Assembly (NCBI RefSeq): GCF_000017945.1
Contig: NC_009776.1
Span: 1,140,001-1,172,000, forward strand
Direction: 5' to 3'
DNA: 32,000 bases
DNA from: Ignicoccus hospitalis KIN4/I
GTDB taxonomy: Archaea; Thermoproteota; Thermoprotei_A; Sulfolobales; Ignicoccaceae
In this document: piece after piece, positions 26,883 through 32,000 of the stretch
How positions within the stretch are numbered: the stretch's first letter is position 1
Layout of the letters: each line of letters begins with the position of its first letter
Program-made: the position numbers and the translations under genes
The notes under the pieces: model-generated
Seen by the model: only the letters and a program-made list of their open reading frames with translations
Told to the model about the DNA's origin: nothing
Database searches by the model: none

Positions 26883-27446
26883 GTGAGCAGGGTTAATAGG
26901 CTGTCTACTGATAAAGTGACGGAAGAAATAATGAAGCACGAGGTTGAGATATTGAGAGAAAGTGAGAACGTGTGCTTGAGTCCCGCCCTCGTTAACGGAA
27001 TAGTAGCTGCTTACCAAATAGCCATAACCAAAGCCCTAGGGGCCGGTGCCAACGCCCTCAGTCAGATGCTCCTCCAAGAGCTGGGAGAGCTCCTAAGCGA
27101 GTACGTGGAACAAGTGGTAGGGGGCGTAGACTTCACGAAGCCCGAAGAGGCGATCTCCAAAGTTTTCGCCGAGCTAAAGCTGGCAGACGAAGTGAAGGTT
27201 AAGAGGGAAGGAGATGAGTGGCACGTTGAAATTAAGGGATCCGTCTTCAAACCGACCTACGAGATATTGAGGGAGAGGGGCGTAAAGTTCTTCACCCTAA
27301 GCCCCGAGGCCCTCATCGTGGCGTCCATAATAAGGAAGTACCTCAGAATCAAGGGCAACGGGAACGAGAGAGTGAGCGTAAAGGCGGAGGTCCCAGAAGG
27401 GGACACCTTAGTATTTAAAGTCAAAGAAGTCAAAGCGCTCAGGTGA
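26883..27446 (+). CDS. Hypothetical protein
   Basis: 187 aa with SD-like ggtga 4 nt before GTG and coding-like composition. Confidence 0.7.
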   Translation: MSRVNRLSTDKVTEEIMKHEVEILRESENVCLSPALVNGIVAAYQIAITKALGAGANALSQMLLQELGELLSEYVEQVVGGVDFTKPEEAISKVFAELKLADEVKVKREGDEWHVEIKGSVFKPTYEILRERGVKFFTLSPEALIVASIIRKYLRIKGNGNERVSVKAEVPEGDTLVFKVKEVKALR

Positions 27447-27449
27447 ACT

Positions 27450-28347
<898 letters not shown>

Positions 28348-28412
28348 GTCGGCTGGGCTCCCTTCTACCTTATAAGTTTAATACCACGACGTTCCTCCCC
28401 TCCGGGAGGAGA

Positions 28413-28949
28413 ATGGACCCTCTAACCCTCGCCCTCCACGTTTGTCTAACGTTAAACGCCACGGTTACTTCATTTCTAGCTAAAGGAGGTCTGTACGTCA
28501 ACGCGTTCGCAAACTACTTCCACTACTACGCGTCAACATTAGAGTTCTGCGTCGCTGCCAATCATACTGCCAAACTTCTGAAAGAGATAAAGACTTTGGA
28601 CGCCCTAGCCGCGGAAGTCCTCCAGAGGCCTCCGGAAGTTCAAAAAGTACTGAAACTTACCAAGCTCGTAAAGGAAATGAAAGTCTTAATCAGTCAGCTC
28701 AACTGTACCTTGAAGGAGCTCGAGAGAGCCTCTAGCGCCCTAGAGGACTTGCCCACTGTCAAGTGCGTCGGTGAGACTAGCAACCCGTACCTCGAGGTGT
28801 TCTGCGCGCTCTCGGACGCTGTTGAAAGAATTAGGACTAACGAACCGGGGCTCGTTCAGTACTTGAAGTCCAACGCGCTCGAGGCGAGCCAGAAGGTTTC
28901 CTATTATGAGAGCGCTTTAATTGGGTGCAGGATGCCCTCCTCCGGGTAG
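28413..28949 (+). CDS. Hypothetical helical Cys-containing protein, first gene of a tandem surface-protein cluster
   Basis: 178 aa; TAG stop; overlaps the next ORF by 25 nt. Confidence 0.65.
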   Translation: MDPLTLALHVCLTLNATVTSFLAKGGLYVNAFANYFHYYASTLEFCVAANHTAKLLKEIKTLDALAAEVLQRPPEVQKVLKLTKLVKEMKVLISQLNCTLKELERASSALEDLPTVKCVGETSNPYLEVFCALSDAVERIRTNEPGLVQYLKSNALEASQKVSYYESALIGCRMPSSG

Positions 28950-29701
28950 GCTTTTTGCTAACGCTCTTGGCCCTCGCGGCGCTCCCCTCTTTTGCCGACA
29001 TAGCGTTCAAGATATTTAATATCAACAAAACTTACGTAATAAACGTAGTGGTCGATAACCCTTCGGAAATCAAGGTCTTAATTGTCGACGGCTGCGGGAG
29101 CTCGACGCTCGCTTCAAACGCGCTGATCCTCAACCTGTGTAAAGGCTCCAAGGCCCTCTTCGTATATGACGGGTGGAGGGGAGCGGTCAGCTGCTCGAGT
29201 AAGGGGTGCTGCGCGGCAGCGGTGAAGAGGATAGAAGAGGGCTTCTTGATCAAGGCCTTCGGACGCGGCGAGCTCTTGATTGACGGAGAGGGAGTGACCT
29301 TCCTCAAGGGCGGGGTAGAGGAGGAGTGTGTTAAGAAGAAAAACGAAGTAATTTACATACCTAAGTGTAAAAAGGTTGTGTGTGTAAAGAGCGCGCCCGT
29401 CGGTGAGCTCAAGTGCAAGACGAGGGGCGGGGAGGGATGGCTAACTAAGACTTGCGTGGCAAAGGAGGCTTGTTTGGAGTGGGGGTGCGCGAAGTGGACC
29501 AGCTACCCCGTCAGGCTAGCCTTTTGTGAAGTAACCGAAAGGAGGTTGTTCCTCCTTAACCCGACGCCCTCGTCCAGCTTCTTGTTGATAAAGTTGAACG
29601 GGGGAGCGCAAGTCCTCCTACCAGCTGAGATAAAGGAGAGGCCTTACGCCATAACGGTCTACGCGGGTGGGGAGCCTTGCGCCTCCTTCCTCTGGCGCTA
29701 A
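28925..29701 (+). CDS. Secreted Cys-rich protein with C-x-E-W-x-C motif
   Basis: Signal peptide-like LLRVGFLLTLLALAALPSFADI; CLEWGCAKWTSYPV; many Cys. Confidence 0.7.
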   Translation: MQDALLRVGFLLTLLALAALPSFADIAFKIFNINKTYVINVVVDNPSEIKVLIVDGCGSSTLASNALILNLCKGSKALFVYDGWRGAVSCSSKGCCAAAVKRIEEGFLIKAFGRGELLIDGEGVTFLKGGVEEECVKKKNEVIYIPKCKKVVCVKSAPVGELKCKTRGGEGWLTKTCVAKEACLEWGCAKWTSYPVRLAFCEVTERRLFLLNPTPSSSFLLIKLNGGAQVLLPAEIKERPYAITVYAGGEPCASFLWR

Positions 29702-30753
29702 CCCTACTAGCCCTAGCGGCTACCCTCGAGGGCTGCGCGACCGTGAAAACAGAGGTGGAGGGCGCTACCGTGAAGTTCCTCGTGGCCGCCCTCTGCGAGG
29801 GCGAGTACAGACTGAAGGTCGAGGTCTCCGGGGCCTCCGTGAGCGCCGCCTCGGGGTTCCGGGAAGTGGCCGGGGGCACGGCGGAGTGGGAGGGCCTCCT
29901 GCGCCCCGGCGAGGTGAAGGCACTTTACTTAACCTTGAGCCACGTAGGCCCCGAAACGGGCGTCGAGTACGAACTCTCCTACGAGGGGCGCGCAGCGGCC
30001 TCCGGCACAGTAGGCCTCGGGAGGTGCCTCTCGGCGACCGCGAGGGCCCAAGCCTTGGAGGAACAGATCAAGGGCGTCGAGAGCGGTTACGGAGAGCTTA
30101 GTCTGGCCGTCAGAAACGCTTGCGACGAGGAAGTGGAGGGGTCGGCGATAGTGAAGTTCCTTTACGCCAACCCCTCCCCTAAGGCCTACGTGGAGTACTG
30201 CTCAGAGGGGCGGACCGAGGTCTACCGGGTCCCCTCTTGTGCGGAGGCCGGCGAGGGGCCCTTGCTAGCTTGTAGGACTTGGGGGGTGGGGGAGTTCAAG
30301 GTAACGGAGCTGACGGAGAGCATCTACGTCGAAAAGGGGACCTCGAGGGCCGCGCGGCGCCTCGAGGAAGTGTTAGAAAGGGTCCCTAAGTGCTTGGAGT
30401 GGACTTGTTATAGGTGGATAAGCGTTCCGAGGACCTTTAGTTACTGTGCCGTAATGAAGAACTCAGGACTGAAGAGCGACGGACACGTCGTGGGGAAGGC
30501 CGTGGTCTTCAAGTTTAGGTTAGGGCCCCACGAGTCCAAGGTAGTTAAGACCTATTTCTCCAACGTCACGCCGGCCTTTTACCTAGGCTTCTTGGAGGAC
30601 AGAGCGAAAGTGCCTTTGGCGGTAGTTAAGGTAGGAGACGAGGAGCTGACCATACCGTGGTACGCCCCAAACGCCGCCTACCCGCTGACAGTAGCAGTTT
30701 ACGCGCTGGCGCTGGTATTAATGGTGTTAGCGTTGGTAAGGCTCTTCTCCTAA
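29677..30753 (+). CDS. Secreted, C-terminally anchored Cys-rich protein with C-x-E-W-x-C motif
   Basis: MRLLPLALTLLALAATLEG signal, CLEWTCYRWISVPRTF, C-terminal TM YPLTVAVYALALVLMVLALVRLFS. Confidence 0.75.
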   Translation: MRLLPLALTLLALAATLEGCATVKTEVEGATVKFLVAALCEGEYRLKVEVSGASVSAASGFREVAGGTAEWEGLLRPGEVKALYLTLSHVGPETGVEYELSYEGRAAASGTVGLGRCLSATARAQALEEQIKGVESGYGELSLAVRNACDEEVEGSAIVKFLYANPSPKAYVEYCSEGRTEVYRVPSCAEAGEGPLLACRTWGVGEFKVTELTESIYVEKGTSRAARRLEEVLERVPKCLEWTCYRWISVPRTFSYCAVMKNSGLKSDGHVVGKAVVFKFRLGPHESKVVKTYFSNVTPAFYLGFLEDRAKVPLAVVKVGDEELTIPWYAPNAAYPLTVAVYALALVLMVLALVRLFS

Positions 30754-31685
30754 CCCTAGCGCTCTCTACCGTCGCCCTGAGCTGCGTACAAGTTACCCGT
30801 TCGTTCGTCCAGCTCTCGGACGAGTCGGAGCTGAAGCTCCGGGTATCCGTCACTTGCCCGGGCGACGTGGAAGTCAGGATAGAGGCGGACGTGGCGCCCT
30901 ACTCCGCAACCGGCCCTCTGAAGGCCGAAGGGGGCTCTTACGTCCTCGCAACGGATAAGGAAGGGGAGCTCTGGGCGTCCTTGCGCTTCCCTGGCAATCA
31001 CCCCCACATAACGATAAAGGTGTATTACGAGTCCCAGCTGGTCGACGAAACCGTCGTTAACCCCAAGGGCTGCGTAGCAGTAACCCTTCGTCCCTCCGAG
31101 GACGGCAAGGTAGTCGGCTTGGTAGTGGAGAACTTGTGCGAGAAGGAGGTAGAAGTCCCCATAAAGGTGGTCGGAGAGGGCGCAACAGAGTCGCTGAAGA
31201 GGTCTACGTGCGTCGAGAAGGTGGCCAAGCTGGGCTACGCGCGCGAGTGCGTCGAGTGGACTTGTGCTAAGTGGCTCTACGCCAGTACATGCGCGAAGAA
31301 GAGGGTCACGTGCGTTGACGGCGAGTGCGAGGAGCGGTGCGAACTCAAGCTTACCGTACCTACCGCCTGCGAGAAGTGGGCGTGTTCCAAAACGCAAATG
31401 GTTCCGACAGTAAAGTACGAGTGTACCAAGCATGATGTAGAGGCGGTTAGGAGCTCGTGGCCCCCTTCCGGCGAGGGGACCTTCGAGGGGATTCTGAAGC
31501 TAGGGCCCAAGGAGACGAAGGCGCTTAGGTTCGTCTTCAAAGGAGGCGCGAGGAAGGCTATCGTAGGGGAGTTCGAAGCGGAGCTCCCGGGGCCCCCTCC
31601 CCCGCCTTTCGAGGTGAATTACCTGCCTATGATAATAAGCTTGGTCGTTATAGTTTTCTCCTTGTCAGTGCTCCTCACTTCTTGA
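30657..31685 (+). CDS. Paralogous secreted, C-terminally anchored Cys-rich protein
   Basis: GKALLLTLALSTVALSC signal-like segment, CVEWTCAKWLYAS and CEKWACSKTQMV motifs, C-terminal TM MIISLVVIVFSLSVLLTS. Start codon uncertain. Confidence 0.7.
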   Translation: MVRPKRRLPADSSSLRAGAGINGVSVGKALLLTLALSTVALSCVQVTRSFVQLSDESELKLRVSVTCPGDVEVRIEADVAPYSATGPLKAEGGSYVLATDKEGELWASLRFPGNHPHITIKVYYESQLVDETVVNPKGCVAVTLRPSEDGKVVGLVVENLCEKEVEVPIKVVGEGATESLKRSTCVEKVAKLGYARECVEWTCAKWLYASTCAKKRVTCVDGECEERCELKLTVPTACEKWACSKTQMVPTVKYECTKHDVEAVRSSWPPSGEGTFEGILKLGPKETKALRFVFKGGARKAIVGEFEAELPGPPPPPFEVNYLPMIISLVVIVFSLSVLLTS

Positions 31686-32000
31686 TCCTCGTCGCCTCCT
31701 TCAAGAGCGCCTCCACTTGGGCGCCTACTGCTCCCTCGTCGTAAGGGGGGTAGGGCTTGCCCTCCTCCAAGTCCAAGGGCCCGGAGCAGAACATCCCCCA
31801 GCTCACCACCCCCCTCAGCTCAGCTGGGGGGAGCAGCGCAACTGCCCTCACCTCCCCCTCCTTCACTTCACTTATGTTGGTTACGACGGTGATAGCTACC
31901 TTCCCCAAACCGGTCCTAGTCACCTTCAACTTGTCCGCGTTGGGGTGGTCCTTCACCGTCAACACTCGCCCGGAGAAGACCAAGACCGCCCTGCCCGGGC
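31675..32000 (-). CDS. tRNA-binding domain (EMAP/CsaA/MetRS C-terminal type) protein, 5' end probably outside window
   Basis: VFSGRVLTVKDHPNADKLKVTRTGLG...VVTNISEVKEGEVRAVALLPPAELRGVVSWGMFCSGP; the frame stays open upstream of TTG 31983 to the window edge. Confidence 0.75.
   Translation of the reverse strand, partial: PGRAVLVFSGRVLTVKDHPNADKLKVTRTGLGKVAITVVTNISEVKEGEVRAVALLPPAELRGVVSWGMFCSGPLDLEEGKPYPPYDEGAVGAQVEALLKEATRIKK

Noticed and set aside
26646-27017. 123-aa minus-strand ORF including PPPPRGKFLG
   Set aside because: Generated by translating the complement of the G14 tract and overlapping the 26883 gene; no coding support.

Overview
This window is gene-dense archaeal chromosome. Its high GC, encoded CCA in tRNAs, frequent GTG/TTG starts and crenarchaeal-type replication genes suggest Desulfurococcales, possibly Ignicoccus-like; the taxonomy is an inference. 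Recognisable genes: HAD phosphatase, a possible GINS subunit next to Hel308, aroA, tRNA-Arg(CCG), amtB-glnK, tRNA-Glu(CTC), a replication block (orc1/cdc6, wHTH, mcm, gins23, rfcS, rfcL), trpS, an A-type ATPase catalytic subunit apart from its usual partners, a DUF167 protein, a DHH phosphoesterase, a SAM methyltransferase, a ferritin-like/VIT1 fusion, tRNA-Ala(TGC), and a run of four overlapping secreted or membrane Cys-rich genes. Main items for follow-up: (1) two apparently intact reading frames each interrupted by one in-frame TAG, 6807..7166 and a TM2-domain gene at 9478..9897, on either side of amtB-glnK, although TAG is used as a normal stop elsewhere in the window; (2) an ORB-like element and a 10-nt inverted repeat directly upstream of orc1/cdc6, a candidate replication origin; (3) a G14 homopolymer just upstream of a start codon, where adding one G would fuse a short upstream frame to the gene; (4) a recurrent C-x-[EK]-W-x-C signature in the tandem surface-protein cluster; (5) matching C-terminal tails GL(L/V)KW(L/V)K in RfcL and Hel308. 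No CRISPR array or mobile element was recognised.
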